Shown: positions 48,601-58,886, counted from the first letter of the stretch. The stretch: DNA of 64,000 nucleotides from Patescibacteria group bacterium (GCA_038063415.1 JBBTVD010000006.1:137948-201947), one strand, 5' to 3'. Notes: generated by a model from the letters alone, not told the origin. Translations and numbers: made by a program.

Positions 48601-49951
48601 CTTTTGCTTCACCAGCTGGCTGCAAGCCCTTTGGAATATTAAATTTCTTTGCAAAAGGGATACTCATGGCAATTCCGGCATCACCAGGAGGAGTTGGTGC
48701 AGGAGGCTGCCCACCAGGAGTGATAGGAGTTCTATTTGCCGTTGCTAGATTAACAAGGGTTTTCATGACGGCACTATCACCAGGAGCGAAATTAGCAGCA
48801 TAATCAAGAAATATCTGCAAGAGGATCCATGGCAATAAAATAACCACCCATAACATAATAAGCGCAACCACATAGAGCGCGAATGTTTCAGTTAGGTTCA
48901 CACTGTTCGTTGGCGTTACCAACTGCTGTGGACCACCAAGAAGGATATTGACCGCTGTTGGATAAATGATTTGATCAGCCTGATTGATACCTGGATTATT
49001 AAAGATGAGCGGGACACCGCCGCCTCCCTGTCCAGCAGCCCCTGCATTATCACTTTGCCATCGCCACATAGAGACGAGTCCTTTTAAGAATATAGCAAAC
49101 AGTGGTGCATAGAGTAACCATCGGAAGAATTCACCAATCCAGATTTTCCCTGTGTTCCGAGTAGGATAATACAAAAGAAGCAATGGGAAAATTGGTGAAA
49201 CAATAATAAAGAACCAAAGAATAATCTTACGCATGAGTAAAATTCCAACCATGACAAAATAGGTCAGAGCAGTAAGTTTTGTTAATAAAAGAGAGATAAA
49301 AGCGGATTCAGCATTGTAATCGCCTAAGAGCCTAAGGCCAACAAAATTTCGATAATCCCATCCCACATACAATAAATCTGCTTGAGAGATACAGTTGGGT
49401 GGACAAGAGAGGTCGCTTTGGTCATCTGATTTTAGGAAGAAGCCTTGGATAAGATCAGTAAACTGATAAAAGAACTGTAAAATAGAATAGGAAAAGACAA
49501 TAAGCAAAATAACAGCCACAAAACGAGGAATGAACCGCATAATAGTGAGACTCCGCCCCCGAGTAATGATGATGACAAGCGCTGTAGCAAGAATGACAAA
49601 AAAGAGTAAAGGCACAACAATACTAATAACAATGAGTGACCAGAATTGAGCAAGTGGATTATCACTATTATCACAAACACGTGCCTGGTTTTCTGTAGGA
49701 GCTTGCGTTTCAGTCACACAAACCCAGTTATAGTTTTGTAGGGTCCAATCAAGCATGTTTCCAGCTCTCGCAGCATTTTTTCCAATGAAGGTTACCTCTG
49801 GATCAACGACCCAATAAGCCCCTGTTGGCTGAGGATTTACCTCCTCATCGACAGCATAAGCAGGAGAAGAAAAGGATAAAGCTCCAATAAAAAGGACAGC
49901 TATAACTATAAACGGAACAAAAAAACGAAAATTGGGCAGTAATTTTTTCAT
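45674..49951 (-). CDS. Giant VirB6/TrbL-like membrane protein with long helical repeat region (1425 aa)
   Basis: Signal/TM, IPRFVAVILLIVFS, LLMRKIILWFFIIVSPIFPLLLLYYPTR.TGKIWIGEFFRWLLYAPLFAIFL (VirB6/TrbL-like pattern, inferred), then 7 IANP repeats and two ILPFLLxGGFS domains. Confidence 0.75.
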   Translation of the reverse strand: MKKLLPNFRFFVPFIVIAVLFIGALSFSSPAYAVDEEVNPQPTGAYWVVDPEVTFIGKNAARAGNMLDWTLQNYNWVCVTETQAPTENQARVCDNSDNPLAQFWSLIVISIVVPLLFFVILATALVIIITRGRSLTIMRFIPRFVAVILLIVFSYSILQFFYQFTDLIQGFFLKSDDQSDLSCPPNCISQADLLYVGWDYRNFVGLRLLGDYNAESAFISLLLTKLTALTYFVMVGILLMRKIILWFFIIVSPIFPLLLLYYPTRNTGKIWIGEFFRWLLYAPLFAIFLKGLVSMWRWQSDNAGAAGQGGGGVPLIFNNPGINQADQIIYPTAVNILLGGPQQLVTPTNSVNLTETFALYVVALIMLWVVILLPWILLQIFLDYAANFAPGDSAVMKTLVNLATANRTPITPGGQPPAPTPPGDAGIAMSIPFAKKFNIPKGLQPAGEAKEIVYETTPATMSASQPRVMPISQANAQILNVANLSLPSMRDIAKYETALLSKDASQRQEVTQVREKLERIANPMAVTATTDRQQYNQLRDRLRKETQQGNNMAASILNAASTMSQSMATNSQIKNVLQQIANPASVNNIVDRERMTKLNQMLSKESKENNNALASSILSVNENTSAKEVEKIRDTLMQAKQQEVAVSVMNTISGGQKQQVSTAQMQTVLQQIANPASITNVADREKMTKLHDTLSKESKENNNQLATSILSVTDKTSTVEIEKIQNQIMQAKENSVASSVLSTIDSSVKQVQSTEQVRSVLQQIANPAVAVSPVEKERLTKLKDSLSKASKEGNELAGSILGMTEKTSTADIEKLQEKILQAKEKGEPIATELAKVGETAARVSLPSVNRVQNVSQQDYKAIKDMWKENYQNLEVPEGMAGNRSEWIRDDIAKIDEIVGMLTAADPDVVNQGMQEVSDILPFLLVGGFSQTEVVGYLKAKQDAAKEISVALVQDEEEKVTVTTRKAENQATMAATMDEPSASNSASVASGTEEGDESLLASGISKTTVVTPTISNDIMNIVDLKIPKMRDIARYETRLLSRDKTQQEGVAKAKEILTHIANPMQLTASPEREKYEALRERLVLAGQKGDITAGAILSAAQNLSGEVEMLALTLAELKNVLVQIADPTKVPVEAERDFYTRLHEFLVKESESKNELATQVLAVSDQTSVADIETLKGKLASEKQQGSPIATQVVNVLDQVVTLKELRKVLDHINHPEKLSSDADKAYFTKLHDELTKASTDGNATATQVLVVKETAPAQDIQKLFDQLQEAKKNNDPIAAKVLGSMGSALLTSVNTTQQVNNEEYTEVKKMWEENYQKLLVPQGYTEDDKGRMDWIKADMQQMTDTVNLLVSPEKEKKEEGMKKVTDILPFLLLGGFSFNEIIAYLQTKREAAETVLKAMTNEEEQKISVPAQQGTKEQKEMKSEE

Positions 49952-49958
49952 AGATCGA

Positions 49959-50255
49959 TTAACTAAAACCAGGTACTTTCAAGATATCAATAAGCACGAC
50001 TTCGATAAACACAAAGCCAAAAATAGCAAGCAGGAGACCGCTAATGGCATAAAAAATATAACTTTTCCCAACACTCACCCGAGCAGGGTTTCCTTTCGAG
50101 GTAAGGATAGCGTACCCACCCAAAATAAGCGCTACCAGTGCTGCCATTGCCACAAAACCAAGCCCTATCCCATAAAAACGTTGCGCAAAACCAATAGGGT
50201 CATTGGGTAAGCAACCAAAATCTGTCTGAATTTCATTGGCGGGACAAGGTACCAT
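49959..50255 (-). CDS. CPR-type T4SS pilin (VirB2/TrbC-like)
   Basis: TDFGCLPNDP..F, two TM helices with GGY.ILTSKGNP..V..GK..I.YAISGLL. Confidence 0.8.
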   Translation of the reverse strand: MVPCPANEIQTDFGCLPNDPIGFAQRFYGIGLGFVAMAALVALILGGYAILTSKGNPARVSVGKSYIFYAISGLLLAIFGFVFIEVVLIDILKVPGFS

Positions 50256-50300
50256 ATTTCCACACTAGCATACGAAAAAATGAAAAACAATACTCGTGTT

Positions 50301-50329
50301 TTGACAAATAATGGATTTAGACTTATAAT
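50301..50329 (+). promoter_or_regulatory. Consensus sigma70 promoter of add (leaderless)
   Basis: Perfect TTGACA-17 nt-TATAAT, ending 5 nt before ATG 50335. Confidence 0.75.
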
Positions 50330-50334
50330 TATCT

Positions 50335-51363
50335 ATGGATAATTTTCCGACATATCCTCTAGCCGAACTTCATGCACATATTTCTGCGTCTACTAGTCCA
50401 GCGACCTATTGGCAAATTGCCCACGACCAAGGAATAAAATTACCTCGAAAAGACTATTTTGATTTTGTGGACTATATAAGTCTTTCACAGAATAAGAAAA
50501 TGACTCTGGAAGCGTATTTGAAAAAAATCATGCATCCAATATTGGATAAGCTTGGATCAGGGACGTACGCACTGGAAAGATCGATGTATGAAATTATGAG
50601 TAGCGCCTATAGAAGAAATAATATTACACTCATCGAAATTCGTAATAATCCAATGAGGCATAATAATAATGGAGAGCATGACCTAGATTTAATTATTCTA
50701 GCAATGATTAGAGGAATGGAACGAGCATTACTCGAATACCCAAAACTTTCTGCTGGTATCATTTTTTGTCTCGCTCGTGAATTTCCTTTCGAAAAGAATG
50801 CAATTATTATAGAAAAGGCAATAAAATATCATAAACGAGGGATTGTTGGTATTGATTTTTCAGGAGGAACAAATCATAAGAGCTTTCAATTAAAAGAGTA
50901 TAAGGAGCTTATTCAAAAAGCAAGACGCGCAGGATTAAAAATAACAACACATTCAGGAGAACATATTAAGGATGACTTCGATAATGACATGTGGGAAGCC
51001 CTTGAATTTTTACAGCCGCAGAGAATTGGGCATGGTATTCGGGCAGCATATGATCCAGATCTAATGAAAGAGCTTGTAAAACAAAACACAGTACTTGAAG
51101 TATGTCCTGTATCAAATCTTATGACAAAAGCTATTGAAAATAAAGATGAGCTTAAGTTTATCCTAAAAACATTCCTTGAAAACCGAGTAAGATTCACTAT
51201 TAACTCAGATTGGCCAGAGATGCTTGAAGGAGGAAGGCTTCGTGACCAATATAAAATGCTTAGAGATGAGAAGGTACTGACAGCGGATGAGTTGCTCGAA
51301 TGTACACGAACTGCGTTTGCGAGCGCTTTTGCACCAAAGGGTGGACTTGATGCATACCTTTAA
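50335..51363 (+). CDS. add: Adenosine deaminase family protein
   Basis: AELHAH, VGIDFSG, TTHSGE, RIGHG, LEVCPVSN, INSDWP. Confidence 0.88.
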   Translation: MDNFPTYPLAELHAHISASTSPATYWQIAHDQGIKLPRKDYFDFVDYISLSQNKKMTLEAYLKKIMHPILDKLGSGTYALERSMYEIMSSAYRRNNITLIEIRNNPMRHNNNGEHDLDLIILAMIRGMERALLEYPKLSAGIIFCLAREFPFEKNAIIIEKAIKYHKRGIVGIDFSGGTNHKSFQLKEYKELIQKARRAGLKITTHSGEHIKDDFDNDMWEALEFLQPQRIGHGIRAAYDPDLMKELVKQNTVLEVCPVSNLMTKAIENKDELKFILKTFLENRVRFTINSDWPEMLEGGRLRDQYKMLRDEKVLTADELLECTRTAFASAFAPKGGLDAYL

Positions 51364-51821
51364 AGATAACTATCAATTGCTTTCTTCGTTATTTCCCAAC
51401 TAAAACCTCTGCGTGAGAGGAAGCTCCCAACCTTCTGATAGATTTCTTGCTTTGAACTCTCCTTCAGTTTTTCCATTTTTCTTTGAATAAGCTGTTTTGC
51501 CTGAGTTAATTCATCAGGGAGATCTTCTTGGTTTTCTGCGAAAATTTTTTCAATGATTTCGGCGGAAATTCCTTTTTGTTTGAGTTCCATCTCAAGAGCA
51601 TATCTCCCTTTTGGCTTTGATCTCGCGCGACTTCTGATCCATGAGCGAGCAAACAGCTCATCATTAAGGAATTTCTGAGCATAGAGTGAGACTATTATTT
51701 TATCAACTATTTCTGAGGTTATATCTTTTTTTGTAAAGTAATCTCTTACTTCCTTTTCTGAACGGTTCCGTATAGTGAGGTAACGATAGGCGAGTGGTAA
51801 ATACTTTCTATAATCCTCCAT
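51360..51821 (-). CDS. recX: Regulatory protein RecX
   Basis: YLTIRNRSEKE, LNDELFA, ELKQKGI, FLSRRGF; downstream of recA. Confidence 0.9.
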   Translation of the reverse strand: MEDYRKYLPLAYRYLTIRNRSEKEVRDYFTKKDITSEIVDKIIVSLYAQKFLNDELFARSWIRSRARSKPKGRYALEMELKQKGISAEIIEKIFAENQEDLPDELTQAKQLIQRKMEKLKESSKQEIYQKVGSFLSRRGFSWEITKKAIDSYL

Positions 51822-51826
51822 GGAGA

Positions 51827-52921
51827 CTATTCTTCTTCAGCATCTTCAGATTCTTCTGTTCCAACGACAAGAGGAGCTCTTCCATCTTTATTTTGTGCCA
51901 TAATTTTTGCGACGATTTCTTTTGCCAACTCAGGCTCTTCCTTTAACTTCTGCACGGTTGCTGCTTTGCCTTGTCCAAGCAGTTGCTCATTGTAGCGATA
52001 AAAAGCACCACTCTTTGCGATGATCCCCATTTCAACCGCAACGTCCACAATGCCTCCTTCACGAGAAATACCATCTTCAAGGATATCAAACTCAGCAAGA
52101 CGAAAAGGTGCTGCAATTTTATTTTTAACAACCTTCACCCGGTGACGTGAACCAAAAACTTTTTCACTATCCTTGAGTGTTTCAATCTTACGAATATCCA
52201 TACGAACAGACGCGTAGAACTTTAAAGCAACTCCTCCGGTGGTCGTCTCCGGGTTACCAAACATGACACCAATTTTTTGACGAAGTTGGTTGGTAAAGAT
52301 CACAATCGTTTTTGACTTAGAAATAACCCCCGTCAATTTACGCAGTGCCTGTGACATCAATCGTGCTTGCAGACCCATCACAGAATCTCCCATCTCCCCT
52401 TCGATCTCAGCTCGTGGGACCAGAGCCGCTACAGAGTCAATAACAAGCACATCAATACCTCCTGAACGAACAAGGCTTTCTGCAATTTCGAGCGCTTGCT
52501 CTCCAGTATCTGGTTGCGAAATAAGCAGTTCGTCGAGCTTAACACCAATTTTTTGCGCTCGAAGAGGATCAAGTGCATGTTCAGCATCAATAAAAGCAGC
52601 AATGCCACCATGTTTTTGTGCTTGCGCTATCGTTGAGAGACAAACAGTTGTCTTTCCAGAAGCTTCAGGACCATAAATTTCAACGATACGACCTCGTGGA
52701 AGCCCACCAACGCCGAGGGCAATATCTAACGGCAAGATCCCTGTTGAAATAACCGAAATATCAAACTTCTGTGCAGAATCACCAAAACGCATGATTGCAC
52801 CACGCCCATATTGTTTTTCGATTTGATCCATCGCAATCTTGATTGAATCAAGCTTCTGTGAGGTTTCATTTTTTTGTTCTACTACGTTTCCCTTCTGTGG
52901 ATTTGCTGCGCTTCTTGCCAT
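51827..52921 (-). CDS. recA: Recombinase RecA
   Basis: [45 protein letters not shown]. Confidence 0.98.
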   Translation of the reverse strand: MARSAANPQKGNVVEQKNETSQKLDSIKIAMDQIEKQYGRGAIMRFGDSAQKFDISVISTGILPLDIALGVGGLPRGRIVEIYGPEASGKTTVCLSTIAQAQKHGGIAAFIDAEHALDPLRAQKIGVKLDELLISQPDTGEQALEIAESLVRSGGIDVLVIDSVAALVPRAEIEGEMGDSVMGLQARLMSQALRKLTGVISKSKTIVIFTNQLRQKIGVMFGNPETTTGGVALKFYASVRMDIRKIETLKDSEKVFGSRHRVKVVKNKIAAPFRLAEFDILEDGISREGGIVDVAVEMGIIAKSGAFYRYNEQLLGQGKAATVQKLKEEPELAKEIVAKIMAQNKDGRAPLVVGTEESEDAEEE

Positions 52922-53013
52922 AATTTATATACTAATAATAGCAATTCTATGCTAAAATACAAGATAGCAAAATAGATTTGCGATAGAGATTTATCTATTT
53001 TGATTTTTTTTAA

Positions 53014-53084
53014 CGGGGTGTAGTTTAACGGTAGAATGTGCGGCTGGGGGCCGTATGGCTGGAGTTCGACTCTCCGCACCCCGA
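53014..53084 (+). tRNA. tRNA-Pro (GGG)
   Basis: Acceptor CGGGGTG/CACCCCG+A, D arm TAGTTTAACGGTAGAAT, anticodon arm TGCGG-CTGGGGG-CCGTA, T arm TGGAG-TTCGACT-CTCCG; CCA not encoded. Confidence 0.93.
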
Positions 53085-53092
53085 CACGTTTT

Positions 53093-54271
53093 TTATTGAA
53101 ACATAACCGCCAAAAAAATAATGATCCCGGGAATAATAAATACCCATGGACTTATCTCAGGATAATAGGGTAGAGGGATCGAGGTTGGCGTAGGAGAAGG
53201 TCTAACGGTTCCTCCTCCCCCTCCAGTACCTGCTCCCCAGGTACTATAATCGACTCCTCCGCCAAGTCCATTCGCAGGGCTATTATTTCCAAAGAGTTCA
53301 AGGTATTTTGCTGACGATTGAGGAGCATCAACAGATCCTGCAGCTGGATAAATACCTGAGCCGACATTACCTGGCTCTATAGAGATTGGCGCATTATAGT
53401 AGGCTTCATAAGCAAGAATATCACGATTTTCCATAAATGTTTCAAACATCTTCTCTATATAAAATGGATTATCTCCTCCACCATCAGCACTGCCAACAGC
53501 AACTCCCCATTCTGCGACAGAGAAGAGCTTCCCATGTTCACGGGCAAAATTAATAACATAACATAATCCATTATTGGTATTACACTGGTTATCCCATGCA
53601 GCTTGATCATGACTGGGAGGATAATGATCATAGGAATCAATACCGATGATATCTACATACTCATCTCCAGGGTAGGCATCAAAAGGATTTCCACTTGCTG
53701 GGAAGGGGGAACCGTGTGCATTAAATGTCCAATCAAGAAGCACGTTGGGAGCTGTGGATCTAATTGCCTTTGCCACGTTATTCCAGCAAGTTTTAAAATT
53801 CGTTGGATCAGCATCACTGTGCCAATACATAAAATCTCCATTAAATTCCCAACCAATTCTGATAATAGTACTTGGGGAATTTCGACCAATGCTATCAAGA
53901 TAGCTGCCCGCTTCTTTCCAGTAGTTATCATAAGCGCCACTTGCACACGCAGCATTATTGCCCTGCCCTTGTGGATACATAGCTACGGAGAGTACAAGGA
54001 TACCGTCATAGCTTTTATAATTGAGTCCATCAAAAATATTGGTTGGTTTAGTAAGCGATCCCCATCCAGCATCACGCACATTAAATGAAGCAACAATAAC
54101 ATCCGTGGGATTGCCTCGCCAAGTCCCAAAATCAAGATGGGGCTGGAGTTCATTTGCTGTATGAACACCCGATGCCCACGGTAAATCCGAATTTGGAGCA
54201 GCTTCTATAACTGTCGTTGGGAAAAAAGCAAAGAAAGTAACAAGTAGTAATACAAAAAAGAAGTGTTTCAT
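53093..54271 (-). CDS. Glycoside hydrolase family 26 (beta-mannanase-like), signal peptide and C-terminal TM anchor
   Basis: IIRIGWEFNG (acid/base), YPGDEYVDIIGIDSYD, HGKLFSVAEWG (nucleophile). Confidence 0.88.
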   Translation of the reverse strand: MKHFFFVLLLVTFFAFFPTTVIEAAPNSDLPWASGVHTANELQPHLDFGTWRGNPTDVIVASFNVRDAGWGSLTKPTNIFDGLNYKSYDGILVLSVAMYPQGQGNNAACASGAYDNYWKEAGSYLDSIGRNSPSTIIRIGWEFNGDFMYWHSDADPTNFKTCWNNVAKAIRSTAPNVLLDWTFNAHGSPFPASGNPFDAYPGDEYVDIIGIDSYDHYPPSHDQAAWDNQCNTNNGLCYVINFAREHGKLFSVAEWGVAVGSADGGGDNPFYIEKMFETFMENRDILAYEAYYNAPISIEPGNVGSGIYPAAGSVDAPQSSAKYLELFGNNSPANGLGGGVDYSTWGAGTGGGGGTVRPSPTPTSIPLPYYPEISPWVFIIPGIIIFLAVMFQ

Positions 54272-54349
54272 ATATCTACTTCTAGACTAAAGGATTTATA
54301 CTGCCCTGTCAAATAAAAATTGAACATAGCATTCCCTTGTTCATCAGTA

Positions 54350-55045
54350 CTATTGCAGACTTTGTGGATTATTAGCAGGTGGATATGTTTGTGTCTGAGA
54401 TTGTCCCCCCTGTTGTTGAATAGTATTATTTACCGCTGGAACTTCAGCGTTTGTTTGCCCTTGCCCTATTATGATTGTTGTACCAGTACTAGATTTTAAG
54501 ACTGATTGTGCCACTCCTCGTGCAGTCACAAGGGTGGTAGGTAACAAGTTAAATTGAGCTTGACTCCCAATTTGCCCCTTTGCGGTAAAAGTAATTGTTG
54601 CAACAGAACCAGTTCCTTTTAATGTAGGTCTATTTGGTGTTATACCGACAGCGTACGTTACTTTACCCTCTTGTGCGTTAACTTTGTTGATTAATACTAC
54701 GGGATTTTCGAATAACGCACCTGGTGTCAATTGCACATTGCTAACAAGTGTAGGATCATACGAAAGCTCCAATTGTACTGCAGTAACATCATTATCCGAA
54801 GTGTCTATTGCAACATCAATTTTCCCTTGTTGTCCTGGTGCAACAGCAAGTGGATTTGGCGAAAGAGAAAGTACCGAATGCGCAGGCACCGACGGTGCTG
54901 GGGTCCCTTGAGCTATTGGGGCAGAAGATGGAACGATTTGAGATTGCTGTTCTTGTTGTTGCCTGTTGGCGTTAAAAGCTACAATAAAAAGAATAATCGT
55001 TACTAATACCAATCCAGAGATAAGGGCAAGCGTTTTCTTCGGCAT
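54350..55045 (-). CDS. Cohesin-domain membrane-anchored protein
   Basis: N-terminal TM; LSLSP...VAIDT...VTAVQLELSYDP...G.LF...GSVATITF; start reassigned to 55045. Confidence 0.8.
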   Translation of the reverse strand: MPKKTLALISGLVLVTIILFIVAFNANRQQQEQQSQIVPSSAPIAQGTPAPSVPAHSVLSLSPNPLAVAPGQQGKIDVAIDTSDNDVTAVQLELSYDPTLVSNVQLTPGALFENPVVLINKVNAQEGKVTYAVGITPNRPTLKGTGSVATITFTAKGQIGSQAQFNLLPTTLVTARGVAQSVLKSSTGTTIIIGQGQTNAEVPAVNNTIQQQGGQSQTQTYPPANNPQSLQ

Positions 55046-55151
55046 AATTTTATGATAGACATCTCTTTCGGGTTTTGCAACTAGTACTTTTGATAACAAA
55101 AAGGATCAGAGCTATTCCCCTTGCTAACGACATTTCTTCGTATTACACTAT

Positions 55152-55871
55152 ATGTCTAAGAGAACTTTTCTATCTATGCTTTTTGCCATACTTTTTTTTA
55201 TTGAGTTGTTTCTTCTTTTTTTTCTTTCAAAACAAGTAACAAAGCGTCTCTCTTTATGGTTATATCATCTCACGAGAAGTAGAACAAAAACAATTTTTAT
55301 TCTTGCATTTCTCTTTCTACCAGGGACATTTCTTCATGAGCTTGCCCATGCTTTTATGGCTATGATACTATTTGTTCCCGTAGGAAAAATGGAACTTATT
55401 CCAAAGATACAAGAAGATGGATATGTAAAACTAGGAAGCGTTGCAATCGGAAGAACCGACTTCTTTCGACGCTTCCTTATTGGGATAGCACCGCTTCTGA
55501 TAGGGACAACCATTCTTTTATTCTTACTTTTTTATGCAGCTACTCATGATCTTTTTACTCATTACACCTACTTACTTATTGTTCTTTACTGTGTTTTTGA
55601 GATAGGAAATACGATGTTCTCAAGTAAGAAAGATATGGAAGGAGCCTTGGAATTGTTGCTAACATGCTGCTTTGCGGCTGTAGTTGCCTTTATTCTCGGG
55701 GCAAGAATTCCGCTAAACTCTTTACAGCAATTTTTTGAACGTGACTCTATTATACAGATGTTTTACTATGGGAATCTTTTCCTTTTAATTCCTATCGTAA
55801 TAAATATTATTTGTATAGGAGTGCTCCATGTTATTACTTCCTACAAAAAAAACTCCCATCCACATGGATAA
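55152..55871 (+). CDS. Membrane protein with HExxH motif (M50-like metalloprotease)
   Basis: PGTFLHELAH, LIGIAP, MFSSKKD. Confidence 0.7.
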   Translation: MSKRTFLSMLFAILFFIELFLLFFLSKQVTKRLSLWLYHLTRSRTKTIFILAFLFLPGTFLHELAHAFMAMILFVPVGKMELIPKIQEDGYVKLGSVAIGRTDFFRRFLIGIAPLLIGTTILLFLLFYAATHDLFTHYTYLLIVLYCVFEIGNTMFSSKKDMEGALELLLTCCFAAVVAFILGARIPLNSLQQFFERDSIIQMFYYGNLFLLIPIVINIICIGVLHVITSYKKNSHPHG

Positions 55872-55914
55872 TAAAACAAGAAAAATGACACTACAGGTTC
55901 GAAAAATCTCTGCC

Positions 55915-56118
55915 TTACTTGAGAGTTTTCCCGTAAGTAGTAGCAAGATAAACGGTTGCGACACCAACAACGGTATAAATAACCTCAGCCAACCATGGTA
56001 TGCTCCCAAAAATAACTTGTACTAAGTCAACGTTAAATAATCCAACTAGTCCCCAATTAAGTCCTCCAATAATTACTAAAACGAATGCAATTGTGTAGAG
56101 TGTTTTATTCTTGATCAT
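55915..56118 (-). CDS. DUF378 protein
   Basis: LVIIGGLNWGLVGLFNVDLV..IFG...IY..VG; strong SD AAGGAGGTGAT. Confidence 0.9.
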   Translation of the reverse strand: MIKNKTLYTIAFVLVIIGGLNWGLVGLFNVDLVQVIFGSIPWLAEVIYTVVGVATVYLATTYGKTLK

Positions 56119-56222
56119 AAAGTATCACCTCCTTTCTTATACTATCTAGATTACTGACAAAAGAGAGCACACGTCAAGTCAGACGTTTTATATGCAACTG
56201 TATCAAAAAATAACGATTCAGA

Positions 56223-56690
<468 letters not shown>

Positions 56691-56773
56691 AGTAACATGT
56701 TATTTGTCAAAGAGAAAGGAACTATTATGATATACTTTTTATCATTTGCAATCCCCATGTTATAATATAATTT

Positions 56774-57340
56774 ATGACACAAAAACAGCCAGAAATAACT
56801 GTAGAACTAGAAGACCAGGCAATTGTCATTGCTGAGGAAGTATTCGAGCTTATTCATGAATATACACATGATAGCGCACTTTCAAAGTTCTTTTTAACTG
56901 ATGAAATTGCAAACGCCTCATATGTCCTTGCTGGTGGATTTGCTGCAGTCATTTATAACCCAGCGTTAGATCCAAAGGAAGTAGAAGATACTGAAATACT
57001 TTCCTTCTTGTATGCAATGATTACCTATGGCTTTAATCTTGCATTGAAAGAAAGATCATTGCTGACAAATTCTTCGCCATATACACTTCCTAATGATAAA
57101 AAAAAGATTAAGGCTGTCCAAAAACATCTCTTGGAAAAGGCAAGCAAAGGGGATCTGGAAGCAACAGGATTAGGCAACAAAATTATTGCGATTATTGTCA
57201 ATAATATAAAAACGAAAATTGCAATTCGCGACTTTAGAATAAAAGATCATCGGATCCAAACAAAAAAATTCCATGAATATGCAAAGCTTTCTCTCTATTG
57301 GGGATATAATTTTGCACATTTGCTCTTAAAAAGTAACTAA
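56774..57340 (+). CDS. Hypothetical protein
   Basis: 188-aa ORF with TATAAT motifs immediately upstream. Confidence 0.65.
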   Translation: MTQKQPEITVELEDQAIVIAEEVFELIHEYTHDSALSKFFLTDEIANASYVLAGGFAAVIYNPALDPKEVEDTEILSFLYAMITYGFNLALKERSLLTNSSPYTLPNDKKKIKAVQKHLLEKASKGDLEATGLGNKIIAIIVNNIKTKIAIRDFRIKDHRIQTKKFHEYAKLSLYWGYNFAHLLLKSN

Positions 57341-58350
57341 TCAAGCACTTCCTTCGTTGGCTCTTTTTGTTTTTCAGCCATCATTGCATAATTGATAATA
57401 AGCAACATAAAGATATTTGCGGATAAGCTTATCAACTCATACCACTGTGATTGCATAAAAGCAAAAAATTCGGTAAGAAAGATGGTAACAAGAATTGCTA
57501 TTCGGAAAAACCGATAGCCTTCTTTGCGAGAAAATCTAAGGGCAAAAATGCCAATCAAAACAAATGTTCCAGAAAGTGTCGAAGAGTAAAGCTTGCCCCA
57601 TTCATCAAGAGGCAACTCAGGTCGAATAAAAAAAAGAACAACAGACTGTAACATTATTCCCACTGTTTGAAAAATTAAAAAAGCAATGACTATATTTAAG
57701 ATTAATCCTGATCGAGCCATACGGTAATACCATAGACGTAGTACATTACGCGCACGCCTATACATGCTTGGAGAACTTACCGGCTCGGCATCAATGCGGT
57801 GCAAAAGCCCTTTTAATGAACGAACAATTGGATCACTTTGATCACAATTTTTTAGATACTCCTTTGCTTGACGCTCATCTTCTTCGTCAAAATCATTTAC
57901 TGCTGACTCTTTAATTTTTTCGATAGTATTTACGAGGTATTCTTTCTCAGTACGTTTTTTATAGCGTGGTATAAAGCGAGAGATAAGATAAAGCAAGACA
58001 AAAATGATATAAATGAGAGCAATTGTCGGCTCAAAAAAATAGTCATTATCCCGAGTGACAAACTTACCTAATTCATCGATAAACGCACCAAAGCCAATAC
58101 CCCCAAGTACAGAAGCTATCCGCATAGCCGACGTATTTAAGAAAGAAAGAAGGATAACAATCGCACCAAGCATAAAAAAACCTCCCCAAAGAATATGTGC
58201 AATGTGGAAATCGCCTCCTCCTAGTTGTGGATAATCAGTAAGTTTAAGAAATATTCTAATACTAAAAATACTAAAAAGAGCTGAAATGAGAAAATGCTCC
58301 CAATAGCTCTCAGCATCAAAATTCCGAATAAGAATATCTTTAGAAAACAT
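57337..58350 (-). CDS. Conserved multi-pass membrane protein
   Basis: GGGDFHIAHILWGG, GIGFGAFIDELGKF..RDNDYF. Confidence 0.75.
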   Translation of the reverse strand: MFSKDILIRNFDAESYWEHFLISALFSIFSIRIFLKLTDYPQLGGGDFHIAHILWGGFFMLGAIVILLSFLNTSAMRIASVLGGIGFGAFIDELGKFVTRDNDYFFEPTIALIYIIFVLLYLISRFIPRYKKRTEKEYLVNTIEKIKESAVNDFDEEDERQAKEYLKNCDQSDPIVRSLKGLLHRIDAEPVSSPSMYRRARNVLRLWYYRMARSGLILNIVIAFLIFQTVGIMLQSVVLFFIRPELPLDEWGKLYSSTLSGTFVLIGIFALRFSRKEGYRFFRIAILVTIFLTEFFAFMQSQWYELISLSANIFMLLIINYAMMAEKQKEPTKEVLD

Positions 58351-58403
58351 AGCTCCTATGCTGTATTATACATTCTTCTCTCAATATTTGTTACAATAGA
58401 TGT

Positions 58404-58886
58404 ATGTTAGAGAATCATCCTCATCACCAAAGAAAAGTGCGTCTGGCGACGATCATTTTACTAACTTGTCTTGTCTTTTTTTCACTCTATCTCATCCTGC
58501 AACCACACCTTCGTTCAGCAGTCACCAAGCCAGCCCCAACACCCTCTCCGGTAAGCTCCCAAAATATTATGATCTTCTCTCCATCAGTTAATGGAAGGGT
58601 TAGTCAAGACTTTAGCATTAGAGGAAAAGCGCGAGGTGAAAAAAATATGGTACTTATTAGAGTTTCACAACCCTTTACAAAGAAAATTTTAGTCTTTGAG
58701 TATGCAACGACTACGGCAACACAAGCTGGAGTATTTGGAGATTTTGCACACAGTGTTCATTTAACAGGAAACCGAACAATAAAACCTGGTGACGATCTTC
58801 TTGTTGAAGTTTTTCAAGAAGATATACGTAATGGGAGAGAGGTTAGTACGGTAAGTATTCCTGTACAATTTACTCCTTCACAATAA
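58404..58886 (+). CDS. Membrane-anchored Ig-like (Gmad2-like) domain protein
   Basis: N-terminal TM; IFSP...SIRGKAR..E..V.IRV...G.FGDF...LLVEVF. Confidence 0.6.
   Translation: MLENHPHHQRKVRLATIILLTCLVFFSLYLILQPHLRSAVTKPAPTPSPVSSQNIMIFSPSVNGRVSQDFSIRGKARGEKNMVLIRVSQPFTKKILVFEYATTTATQAGVFGDFAHSVHLTGNRTIKPGDDLLVEVFQEDIRNGREVSTVSIPVQFTPSQ

Noticed and set aside
53014-55045. tRNA-Pro as an integration site for a GH26/cohesin island
   Set aside because: No integrase and no duplicated tRNA 3' end seen in the window.
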